Source: Balamuthia mandrillaris
Lineage: Eukaryota
DNA length: 64,000 bases
Direction of reading: 5' to 3'
Assembly (NCBI GenBank): GCA_031835245.2
Contig: JAVKOQ020000008.1
Coordinates: 310,001 to 374,000 of the forward strand
Every line of letters begins with the position of its first letter. Position 1 is the first letter of the stretch. Below the pieces are notes generated by a model, which did not search any database, was not told the origin of the DNA, and worked only from the letters and a program-made list of their open reading frames with translations. Below, one piece after another: positions 1 through 10,802 of this stretch. A program made the position numbers and the translations under genes.

Positions 1-74
1 GACTGCCACAACATAGCACACTTGCTTTATAATTCTCCTCCCTCTCAAGGACAAATCCATAGAAGAAGTGTCCT

Positions 75-1030
75 GTGAGTTTGTCAACCTCAGCCAAAAT
101 CGTCCAGTCTGATAATGGCACTGAATTTGTCAACAAAGTCATGTCCATAGTATGTGACCAGGCAGGTTTCAACCACTGGTTCAACTCTTCATACCATCCA
201 CAAGCTAACAGTGCTGCAGAAAGCCACACCAAGCTCCTCAAATCCATGCTCCTTGTTGGTAAAATCATGAACACTTATCTCAAGATTCCTCATGTTGGAT
301 CCGTCCTGGACCCTCAGCTCTCCTTTCTTTTGTATCCCCCATCCTTCCTTTCTCCCGTTTCCCCTTTCTCTCAGTGTCCTTGGAAGCAATGTCAGAGATT
401 CACTCTTGTTGTCCTTCCTCTATTCTCTTGAATACACTCCTTGTCTCGTCACTGACTCTTTCCTTCCTAAGGTTGGATTCAACCAACATCCTGAAATCCC
501 TTAAAAGGTAAACTCAAACACTAGTCCACTTTCCTCCTCCATCACACAATTCGCCTTAAACCAGCAAATATCCTGTAACTCGGACTCCAAACCCTTTGAG
601 TTCTTCTTTGGCAGGTCTCTTTCTTACTCAGACAACAATTTTTACAGCATATCCAAGCTAAAAACCTGGGATCACTTCTCTCACTAAGGTCATGCTGCAA
701 ATCTATCCCTCTATCTATGAAAAGGTTACCAAATACAAACGTTTTGAAGTTGAAAAGATCCTCAACCATAATGGCCCTACCTTTCAACCATTACTATCTT
801 GTGAAGAAATACCAAGATTTGGATAACTCCTGGGTTGCAACCAAGGACTTAGGCTCTCAGCGACCCAGGTGGAGAGGTTAGGAGATGGGTCGCTGAGAAC
901 CTACTTCATTATGTGGAAGTTCTTCTGCAGTTTATCTTCCAAGAAAAAGGATAGCAAGATGATACAAAGTTAGTCTGAAATCTCATTCAACACCTTTCAC
1001 TTGTGAACTTGAATAACAATGGGGAAGGCA
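75..1030 (+). mobile_element. Degenerate Ty3/gypsy (chromovirus-like) LTR retrotransposon 3' end: integrase core plus chromodomain, with frameshifts and stops
   Basis: ORF 75-431 reads IVQSDNGTEFVN...SSYHPQANSAAESHTKLLK, matching the rve integrase D..E region. 743-850 reads FEVEKILNH then, after a frameshift, HYYLVKKYQDLDNSWVATKD, matching the chromodomain pattern. A purine tract lies at 1021-1028. Confidence 0.85.
851..902. mobile_element. 52-bp MITE-like insertion with 17-bp terminal inverted repeats and ACTT target-site duplication
   Basis: aggctctcagcgaccca (851-867) and tgggtcgctgagaacct (886-902) are reverse complements with 1 mismatch. ACTT occurs at 847-850 and 903-906. Confidence 0.7.
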
Positions 1031-1031
1031 T

Positions 1032-1162
1032 TGAGGATGAGGGAGTAAGAGAAGTAAGAGTACACTATGTATGTACAATGCTTACTTTTTATGTATAGAT
1101 TGGTGTTGCTCTCAGAGCAAATAAACTTCTTATTACTACTACTACTCACTTCTCTTCTCACA
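1032..1162 (+). repeat. Putative 3' LTR of the gypsy relic
   Basis: Follows the PPT-like ggggaagg, starts TGAG and ends CTCA/CA, and contains AATAAA at about 1119. No second copy is in the window to confirm it. Confidence 0.45.
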
Positions 1163-1654
1163 TAACCTGAGGTCTACAAGCAATAGCTCTTCTCCATGTT
1201 CCACACCTACTCTGAAGTAAGTACCTCCATTGAGTTCATTGCTGAATATATTGGGGAGTTGGTTGCAAAGTGTAGGAAATCAGTCAATAAGTTTGTGAAC
1301 ATTACTTCCAAAGATTGATAAAATGCAGAAGAACTTCCATGTTTTCAACTTGCTCTTGCCCATAATCTCCATATTCGATTACAACTTTGCTTACTCCAGA
1401 TTCTAAAGTGATCTTCTCAAAGATTTGGGCATCTTACCTGTTGCCAAATAAAAAGTACACAAACAGAAGCAGCCTGCTCACCTCTTGCCCATCAGATGGC
1501 ACATTGATCCTTAGTGTCGTTATGTTTCTTGAAGAACAAAAAGTGACTATTTTCATTGATTCTGTTTATTGTACACAACATTGTTTTCTTTTGACAATAT
1601 ATATATATAGTTTCTTTTGTTTATTCGAAAAAAACATTTACAATTCATTTTTTA

Positions 1655-3817
1655 TTACCAAAGTTGTGTCAATTCTTCACATACAGTTTGAATGTGTTGA
1701 AGCAATGATTGTTGTTCTTCTAATTCAGATTTAAGAATACGATTGTTTTCTTTAAGATAATGAACTTGCTCTCGTGCACCCCAAAGATCTTTAGCAACAT
1801 TAGGACGTTCCCATTTGTCACTTATTTGTTGCGTTGAGTCTTTCTTTTTTGTTAAAGGTTGATTAAGGAGGTTATTCAAATGGTCATCCAAGGTAGATAA
1901 AAAAGAAGATGATGCATGATTTGCAGAAGGTGTAACACTATCATGTTGTTTTAATTCTTGAAATTCTTGTAAAGAAAAGTCAGTAAGAGTTGTTTTTTGA
2001 TGGTTATTTGATTGGCTGTTAATTGTTGCAACTTGTTTTCTGGCTTTAGAAAAATGAGGCATATTGGTAGAATCATTTAACTGAAAAGCAGAAGAGAATG
2101 AATGAAGATGATTCTGTTGGGGTATATGATTTGTATTGTTGCATTTTGAAGGAAAGAAAAGCGATTCCTTAGCATAAAGCTGTTGCAGCTCTGTTTTGAG
2201 AGTTTGATTTTGAGTCATGTAGGCTTTGATTTGTGAAATTAGCTGTTGTTGAGTGCTTTGTGTTTGTTGTAATCTATAAAAGATGATGTTGGCAAGTAAG
2301 GCAAGATTTTGCAGTATCATTTCGCTAGTTTGGTAAAAGGAAGAGGACATGGTGCCTTTGGGTAGGGTGGATAAGGAAGGAAGAGTAGATAAGGACACTG
2401 AAGAGAGGAAAGGGTGATCTTTTGTGATGCTCACTTTGTTTGTTGATGTTAATGGGTCAGGTTTCTTTGAATCAGTAGAAGCATATGCAGAATCAAGGTG
2501 CCCAGTAGCAAAGTGCTTGTGTAATTGAGTTAGCTGCTTTAGCAAAAAGGCTAAGAATTTGTCTCGAGCTGCAATGCTCTGTATCAAAGTTTCCTCATCT
2601 TGTTGGGTCTTGCAAGAAATTTGCTTGGTTTGGGTACTTTTTGCTCCATTGACAGATTTATCTAGTTTTTCCTTCCAAAAAACTAAGGTTTATAATCATT
2701 CAGAGGAGAAATGGATAGGGGCACATACTGTTGCGTCAAAAACGGTGTTGTCTTTTGTTTTTCGGTTTCCCAGTTTTTTTTGTTGCTTGGTATGATCCTT
2801 ATCCAGCGATATGTGATTCTTTTCAAAGTAAAGTAAGAACCTCGAAGAACATTGTAAAGAGAGAATTCGTACAAGTTGTTGCTGGTTCTGTAACTGTTTG
2901 AATGCATAATCGCGATCCTGAAGAGCAGTGGTAAGAGAACGTGCCTCGATTGTTTTGGTTTGTGCTATATACTCCGCCTCTTTGAGTTTATTTTCCAAGG
3001 TCATGCACCGCTTCTGCATGTTACTTGTTAAGCAAAAATGGATGATGAAATAGTGAAGAGAAAGCTTACCCTTAAAATATCTTTCTCATCATTGCACCTT
3101 TGTAATTGCTCGATCATGTTGGGTGAACTGTGTTCTTTCAATTGTTGGTTCAGCTCCTCTCTTTGCATGGTTAATTCTTGGCATCTGCTATGCAAATCAG
3201 CAATTTCTTTATCTTTGGATTGACGAAGAGGCGTGTAGTATTGTTGATCGTGTGTTGGGTGGTGCTGTTTGGTGCTTGACGCAGAGGCATGAGGAAAGGT
3301 TGGAGGGAAAGAAGAAGTATTCTGTGGTGTCTCTTCTAAAAAGGTTTGTTGGAGGTGCAGGTCGTAGCCATGAGGGTTCTCTCGTTCCTTCTCCAAATGT
3401 TCAATGTAATCTCTAGCTTGCAGTAGCAAAGAGGATTGGCGGGATAGCTCTTCATTTTTCTCATCTATGATAACTTTCAACTCAACTAATTGTGCAACCA
3501 AGTCCTCTCGTCCGGAGTCCAAGTGCCCTTTCAGCTGATCTTTTAAGTGGAAGATGGTGAGGCGTAGATTAAAGTTCTCTTTTCTAAGGTCGGCAATAGT
3601 CTGAGTATATTGGTCAGGGAGTGAAGCGGGAGTGAACTGGCAAAAAGGAGAGCAAGCTTACCGTTTCGAGCTGCTTAAGGGCGAGGTTTTGGGAAATCGG
3701 GGTAAAGGGTGCGAACGCAACTGTTGCAGAAGAGGGCAAGAGAGGGGATTCAGAAGCAGACGGTTTTTGGTCTGGCAAAGATTCTTCTTTGGCAAGGCTT
3801 ATTGGTGGCAAAGACAT
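1655..3817 (-). CDS. Coiled-coil protein with centrosomin N-terminal motif 1 (CM1/Cnn_1N); CDK5RAP2/Mto1-like gamma-tubulin complex receptor; multi-exon
   Basis: Splicing the GT-AG intron 3601-3661 gives LALKQLETTIADLRKENFNLRLTIFHLKDQL...LVELKV, matching the CM1 pattern LxKENFxLKLRIxxL. Long coiled-coil exons follow. Confidence 0.8.
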
Positions 3818-4159
3818 GGTGGAGGTTTAGCGTGCTAACTGTAGTCCCTTAAGAAGGCAACAACGACAACGGCAGGCAAGGTGAGGGCCAAAGAAGTATG
3901 TGCTGGGTGGGGCTGCTGCGTGGTGCTCTTCTCTTCTTTCTTTGTGGTTTGGCGCGAAAAAAAATAAATAGAAACAACAACTATCCGTGTCGACGGGGCG
4001 GAAGGAAGAAAGAGCAGGGAGGGAGGAGGGCAGAGGCCGTTGCAAGCAGAACTTCGTTGTCCCCATTGATCGGCTTGACTTGGCGCCGCCTTAGTTAGCA
4101 GAAGCTTCATCCCATTTTGTTTTGCTGACGGAAAGCAATTGGGTGGCACTTTCAAAGAC

Positions 4160-5210
4160 ATGTCTAAAACAGGGACGAAGCTAGCTGGTGCAAGCGGAGC
4201 GGAGGCTGTGGCGGCCATAGGAGGTAAAATTCATGAGTGTTTCCTTCAAGGAGTGCTCGCGGGTGGAAGGGCGCACGCTACCCTGGTGGAGCGGTTACGC
4301 GGTTTATGTGAATTGCCTGAAGAGCAAGTGCTTTACCGTGAGTATGTCTACCGCGCATTAGCCCTCTCCACTGCAGAAGAAAGTACGCCACAGCAACATG
4401 AACTGCGAGTACGCTGCACTCTACAGGGTGAACCAAGATGGTAACCTTGTCCTTGTCCTTGTCCTTGTCCTTGTCCTTGTCCTTGTCCTTGTCCTTGTCC
4501 TTGTCCTTGTCCTTCTATATATTCTGACAACATCTAAGGACATTGCACTTCCTGGGCACCCCACAAACACGCGCAGGCCTTACTACCAACGTTCGCAACG
4601 TCATAGAAGTGGAGGTTAGCGATAATATTTGTGCATTTTTAGGGCTGATGGGCTACCATAACACTTTTGACTTTATACGCGATGGCTTGTTGTTCACCAC
4701 CAGCAAGAAGATCACCGTCACCGTTACCAACATCAAGAAGGTGGGCTCACTGATGCTCTTTTCGGAGATGGCGGCTAATAAATGCACAAAACATGCCCAC
4801 TAATAGCACTTGGCTGACAGGCCACAAAGTAAACCATTGACGGAGAGCTTGGATGACACTGCCTTTCTGGTTGAAGTTTCAGCGTTAACAGCAGATCAAG
4901 GCATTCAACACACGATGGAGGAAGTTGTTACGTTTGTTGAACATCTTATCCCGTATGCAGTTACATCACCTTTAGCCAGCTTTCTTATCTGTGCTTTGTG
5001 AACGTTGCTAATCAATGCCTCCAATTCAGGTTGGTGCAGCTGAAAAAGTTTGACTATCGAGTGTTGGCCAAAAGCGCGTCAGCTATGCCCTCACCCCAAA
5101 CTAAGAACAGCACCACCCCCAAAGAGAAACGCAAGAAAAAGACAAACACTAATGTACAAACTAAAAAGGGCACCTCTCCTCCTGCTAACAGTAGCATCAG
5201 AAGGACCTAG
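4160..5210 (+). CDS. MED18: Mediator complex subunit 18 (Srb5); 4 exons
   Basis: HECFLQG...LVERLRGLC, ELRVR, WTLHFLGTP...VRNVIEV...FLGLMGY...FDFIRDG, FLVEVSA and FVEHLIP.VQLKKFDY are Med18-type motifs joined by GT-AG introns. Confidence 0.85.
4449..4514 (+). repeat. (GTCCTT)n hexamer microsatellite filling MED18 intron 1
   Basis: About 11 perfect tandem copies directly after the GTAACC donor. Confidence 0.95.
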
Positions 5211-5295
5211 CATTTCTATCCCTTTTTTTTCTCCTTTGCGTACTTCTTCCTCTTCCTCTTCCTCCATTATGCGCTGCAAACAAGATAATGAAGTT

Positions 5296-6159
5296 TTATT
5301 CAAGTCTATACTTGGAGCGAAGAGCGGACATGGTACCATCAGCTTCCAGCTCCGCCAAACCCACATTGAAGAGGTTCCTCAAAAGACTGTTCTCGGGAAA
5401 GACTAGAGCCAAGGAGTTAGGCGTGGAGAGAGGACCACCCAAGGTAACTACATCGGTGGTGAAGGTAGTGACAGTGGCAGCGACGATGCCTTGAATTTCG
5501 CCCGCCTGTAGGGCAGCTTCCTCTGTGGCGAAGTCGGGGAATAGTTGAACTCTTTCCTCTCCTACGAGATTGACAGCAGTGGCCACGAACACGCTGCCAG
5601 AGACAGCTCCCACCAGGTTAGAAGCGTCGTCAACAAATTGCTGGAGAGAGGCAAAGGAGGAATCTCGCGGCACGTAGAGGCTCTGTACGGTGACGGCGTA
5701 CGGAGTAGAATAATCCAAAAATACGTCTCGCGCCGCGTTGACCGTTATCTGCTCAGCCAGAACGTGGATATTTTCATCGGCAGTGAACTTGTTGAAGTTG
5801 CCGTCGGAGGTAGCGGCATCGATGAGAGTGAGCACCTCAGAAAGAGGCACCATCACGTTCTTGGGCACGCAGTTTTGAAGCTGGCAGAGGGCAGCCACCA
5901 CCTCGAACCCAAATCCAGGTCTGTCAGTGGAGGTAGGATCAATGCCGAAAGGAGAGGTCCAGGCTGCCACCACCACTTGAGCTCCCCCGAGGTCGAAAGA
6001 GTGCTGCCGCCCGCTCCCTTCGCAGCAGGATGCGCTGCTCTCCGGAATCATCCCGGCAAAGTTAAAGTGGATTTCTGTGGCAGAGGTAGCTCCCGCCTCA
6101 CCAAAAGCCGCCACAACAACAGCCGCCACAAAAAACAATAACCGCAGCTTGTGTCCCAT
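5296..6159 (-). CDS. Bacterial-type extracellular solute-binding protein family 3 (polar amino-acid ABC substrate-binding-like); signal peptide; intronless
   Basis: 287-aa ORF with a hydrophobic N-terminal signal, followed by SPFG...GFGFEVVAALC, ITVNAARDVFLDYSTPY, VGAVSGS and C-terminal LRNLFNVGLAELEADGTMSALRSKY, all SBP_bac_3 hallmarks. Confidence 0.85.
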   Translation of the reverse strand: MGHKLRLLFFVAAVVVAAFGEAGATSATEIHFNFAGMIPESSASCCEGSGRQHSFDLGGAQVVVAAWTSPFGIDPTSTDRPGFGFEVVAALCQLQNCVPKNVMVPLSEVLTLIDAATSDGNFNKFTADENIHVLAEQITVNAARDVFLDYSTPYAVTVQSLYVPRDSSFASLQQFVDDASNLVGAVSGSVFVATAVNLVGEERVQLFPDFATEEAALQAGEIQGIVAATVTTFTTDVVTLGGPLSTPNSLALVFPENSLLRNLFNVGLAELEADGTMSALRSKYRLE

Positions 6160-6553
6160 CTTCCAAAACTTTCAGCGTCAGTTGAGTGGGTATTATATAA
6201 GCTCGCTTGTGTGCGTCGGCGCTTCGTTCGCTTTTAGCCACTGGTTGGGTTGTTGTTGTTGTTGTTGTTGTTGTTGGGGGAAACTGCCTCACTTCCTTTT
6301 TTTGGAAGGACGAGGGAGGGAGGTGGTTGAGGGTCAGTGCACTTTTGCGTAAAAAACAATGCTGTCCCAGCAGCGTTTGTTCCTCTGCGAAGCGACGCCT
6401 TGGCTCAAGGCCACGTGTTCGCGCCTGTGTTAACACTAATCATTAATAATAATCATTGCAGTAATGCATGAGGCCGCACTGGGGGAACAAACAACACTCT
6501 GCAGAAATTCAAGGCCTTAGGCGAGAATAAGCCGCCATAAGACTGCAGTAAGC

Positions 6554-9500
6554 ATGCTTCCTGCCACCACTGGAAAAAGCAATGGCAAGACTCCCGGCCA
6601 GCGGACTTCCACCATGTTGCAACAAACAAGTTGGCGCGCTGGACATGTGACACGGCCGGAAGGCCGACCACACTTGGCAAGAAGGCCCCTTTCCTTTAGG
6701 GCCAGCTCTACCCCCATGCTGGTTAGTTGGACCACCCTCCCTTACTTCCTCAACCGTATGGAGGCATTATTTAACCCCAGAAAAAGTTAAGGGCCTGTAA
6801 TTCTCACGCTACCAACGACACCCCTGTGCCCCACAATACACTCAAAACAAGAACCAAAACCTCTCAGGCTGGCCATAGAGCTGGAACCTCTGCTTCATGT
6901 TATCTGCTTTCCGCGACACCACCACAAAAACGGTATTCGGACCGGGGCTGCACAAATAATGACCACCAGCACAGGGGTACTTCTGGAGTTTCGTGTTGTT
7001 CTTGTTCTACGTTCTTGTTGTTTCTTGCTTCACCATGTCTCCTTGTTCTTGTTTCTTCTTCTTCTTCTTGTTCTTCTTCTTCTGCTTCTTTTTCTCTGTT
7101 ACCTCTCTTATTACGCTCTTATTGTAGTAGTGGTAAACGTTGGAGGAGGCAGTGATAGTTCTTCTAATCTGAGATTTGGCGGTGTAGGGAAGCTTCGGAG
7201 GTGCTCTTCGATGCCATTAATGCGATGTGCTACCGGTATGTTGCAACGGCCACGAGGCTATCTCTGGGTCATCAACGAGAAGGTTGAGGCAGGACCAGAA
7301 GAAGAAGAAGAAGAAGAAGAAGAAGAACAACAACAACAACAACAGCAACAACAACAGCAACAAGAGGAAGAAGAGGCGAATTGTACGACCAACGAGTGTG
7401 ATGTGCTCCAGTGCGATGGGAGATGGCGGAAGTATTGGTTCTCTATTGAACAAGATGGTTTTATGCACTTCTCTTATTCAAATGCTCAGGTATTTCGCTT
7501 TTACTATTTTCCCTTGAATAAGGTCGCTGATTATAACAAATAATGCAGAAGGAGCAAGCCTTTGGAGGGATTGATTTGCTGCCTTGCAATGTGCGTTCGT
7601 TGGCCGCTCACTCCAAGCAAGCTCAATTGGTCACCTCTCTGCTGGCTTGCATGGGCATGGAGCAGCAAGGCAAAGGCGTTGAGAAAAGCTCACGATTGGA
7701 GAGTTTGGCTGAAGATAGAGAAATCGCTGTGCTGGAGGCAATAGAGTTCTTCCAACTGCTATCGCCACAAGGAAGCTTCTATTTTAGTCATCCCAATCCA
7801 GAAACTGTAGAAAACTGGCTACATGCGATTGGTTATGCCATCAATGCTGTGCGGCTTCGAGCACTTCGCAAGGAAGAACAAGCTTTACGACGAAGAAAGA
7901 CCCAGCTAGAACGATGGATAAAGGAGGAAATGGAGGCAATAAAGAGAAAAGAAGAGGTAAAAAGGAAAGTGGAACACATTAGGCAAAAAATGGAAGCAAG
8001 GAAAGCTACTACAACACAGCAGACTCAACAGGAAAGCTTAGCTACAATACAGATTGCAACATCAGCTAGTGCTTGTCATGATAGTGCAGACGTTGCCGAC
8101 ATTAGTCTTCCGGACCTAAAATTCAGGAGGCAGGATGGCACCACCAAGGATGCTAGGCTGAGCTCAACAGAGTACGAGCAACGTTTGGATGAACTGGAAT
8201 ATTTACTATCGCAAATGAAACAGCAAATTGGAGAGCTTGCCCTACAGAGCCAAGAAATTGTCGCACAATCCCAGTGCGTTTACGCCTCCGATTGGAAAGA
8301 CAATCGATCAAGGATGGCCGCCAAAAGAAAATCCTCGCCTCCCTCCCAGCTCCTACTTCGTAGAAACGACAGCACCGAAGGAGAGTACCCCATATCGCAA
8401 GGACGGGCGGTTGTCAATTACCAAGGTCAACCCAATGAACGTACAGAGAAGGGAAATTGCACTGACAACACTTCCCAAAGCGCAGCCAAATCTGTACATG
8501 GCTTTCATACTGTAAAAGAAGGTATTGTAGGGCTAAAAAGTTCCAGTTTCATTCCTTCAGAGGATTCTACCGCGGTAATGCCTGGCGGCCAGAAGAAAAA
8601 ATGGACCTCCTGGCTTAGGACAAAGCTGACAGGAGTACCTTGGACCGATCACTATCTCGTTTTAAAAAGCGACGGCAATCTTTATCTTTATATGTCACGC
8701 CACGATGTACGCTAGCCTTCTCCAATCCTGCCTCCTCAAATACCTCAAATATCTAAATCTCTTTCCCAGTATCTATTAGGACAACATTTATTACACCGCG
8801 TGCAACTTCTGCTAGCATGTGTTCGAGAATATGATTTCAGCAGCACGTCCGACCTTGCGAACAAGGGAACGAAGAATAAACGAGCAGCTACAGGGCCATA
8901 TTGGTTTGAGGTGATAACTTCAGAGCGTAATTTCCTATTCTGTACCGAAACCTACAAAGATAGAGCTACCTGGCTCCGCTTCATTAACTCTGAAAAGCAG
9001 AATGTAATGTCTGCCGTATTCAACGAAACCTTAGAGCAACGCCAGAAAACATTCAAATATAACCTCTCCCAGGTAAAATGTTCATTCTCGGTGTTTATTC
9101 TTATTCTTATACATTTCCTTGGTAGGATTCCAAGCCAATTCGTGATGTTGAGACGGTGGATGCAATTTCCCAAGGTCAGAGGGCTGTCTTGCGTTCGCTT
9201 TTGTCTTTACCAGGAAATAATGTTTGTGCCGACTGTAATACTCCTGGTAACCATCGCTATTTCTTTCTTTCTTTCTTTCGGTCTCGTCGCAAAATAGAAG
9301 AAACTAACACTATTTTTGTAACTAAGACCCACGGTGGGCCTCCACTCGATATGGCGTTTTTCTTTGTATTGATTGCTGTGGAATACACAGAGGACTCCCT
9401 GGTAACCGCCTCAAGTCTCTAGCCCTTGATGTATGGGAGGACCACGACGTGGAGGTATCACTGCATTCCCTCTTCTACTATCCCTTTACTTACCTCTTTC

Positions 9501-9747
9501 CGGCTCTCGTGTCTCTTGTTTCTCGTTTCCTCTAGGCTATGGAGAACGAGGGTAACCTAAAAGCAAACGCAAAGAGGGAAAAGCACCTACCTCCAGATTT
9601 TATTCGACCAATAGACGCGTACGTCCTTTGCCTACCTTCCTTGAAAGCCTTGAATTCATCTAAGAGACTCCATCTTCACTGTTCTTTAGCATGCAACGCA
9701 GGGACTTTATTCATCGCAAATATTTGCAAAACCAAGAGAGCTCGTAG
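6554..9747 (+). CDS. PH-PH-ArfGAP protein (centaurin-like, with C-terminal ArfGAP); multi-exon
   Basis: Two PH domains (WRKYWFSI...[16 protein letters not shown]...[13 protein letters not shown]...WLRFI) and an ArfGAP zinc finger ([16 protein letters not shown]...[12 protein letters not shown]...FIHRKY). The start at 6554 is inferred from phase-compatible introns. Confidence 0.85.
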
Positions 9748-10280
9748 GTGCCAAAGGCAACAACTCGGTGAGCGTGTTGCCGTGTAAGCTTCCTACTACA
9801 AATGACCTGCGCTCATTAGTATTAAAATTATACAAAACTCAACGATCCTGGCTAAGCTTGCACTAGTCCTGCACCCACGCTAATACCGGTGGGGAAGGGG
9901 ACCGCAAGGCCTGCCAACCAATCTCACAGGTGAAGGTCTGCATTGGCGACGGTGTTAAGACCACATCGGTGACCGGCGCAAAGATCAAAAGATCTAAGTC
10001 CGTGGGGGGTGGGGGGTGGGGGGTGAATGGAATGGATGCTCATGCTGCTGCTGCTGCTGCTGCCAATAAACTTTGGTGGCTTGTCATTCGCCTTGACACT
10101 TTTTTCTGCTACTCGTTTTTTCTTTTCTTTTCTTTTCTTTTCTTTTCTTTTCTTTTCTTTTTTTTTCTTTTCTTTTCTTTTCTTTTCTTTTCTTTTCTTT
10201 TCTTTCAAAAGGTAGGCGCACACGTCGCACTGCTCCACAAAGCTCCACTCACCATCCTATTTCTGATTGCTACTACATAA

Positions 10281-10575
10281 GGAGCAGAGCCCCTGCCAGA
10301 GGAAGGAGGCAGAGGTATATCCAGGAGTTCGCACTTTCATGACCAACGGCTGCGGGGATCGGTAAGCTATGCCACCGCCTGGATCGCACGCAGAGTAGGT
10401 GCGACCACATACGCCGCCTCCGGTGGTAGGCCGCTGCTCGGCTTCGCTAAAGGATCCGCAACTTGGTGGAGGACCTCCACAAGAAGCTCGTGGCTTGGTT
10501 GGTCAGGAGCTTCTACGCCATCCTTCTGCCAGAGTTCAGGAGCCAACAGATGGTGCGGCGAGGCCAGAGCACCCG
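10281..10575 (+). pseudogene. Decayed Fanzor2/IS607-type TnpB nuclease fragment
   Basis: Across three frames it reads AEPLPE (10284), YPGVRTFMT (10318-10344, cf. RuvC-I DPGVRTFMT) and GIGKLCHRLDRTQSR...*AAARLR*RIRNLVEDLHKKLVAWLVRSFYAILLPEFRSQQMVRRGQ, with stops at 10427 and 10448. Confidence 0.75.
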
Positions 10576-10802
10576 GTCCTTCTCCCCCCCTCTTGCCGGT
10601 TACGTCATCCGAGCAGAATTTTGGGGTAGATCAAGGGACAGATCAGAATTTTCCGTAGCTGACCCTCAAACAATTTCACGGGTTACTTTAATTAATTAAT
10701 TAATTAGTAATGCACCAATTCCCCTTTATTTCCGACTTTCGCAAAGTGGTGATAGAAGTGCTCGCAACGCAGGCCTTTACCACTTGCTTCTTCCTCTAGT
10801 GC

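Noticed and set aside
1200..1500. Coding-like minus-strand segment (DAQIFEKITLESGVSKVVIEYGDYG...)
   Set aside because: Interrupted by stops and matches no family I recognise. It may be a gene fragment disrupted by the retroelement, but this cannot be supported.
10688..10707. (TTAA)n palindromic run
   Set aside because: A simple repeat. It cannot be tied to a piggyBac-type TSD or to the Fanzor end without other copies for comparison.
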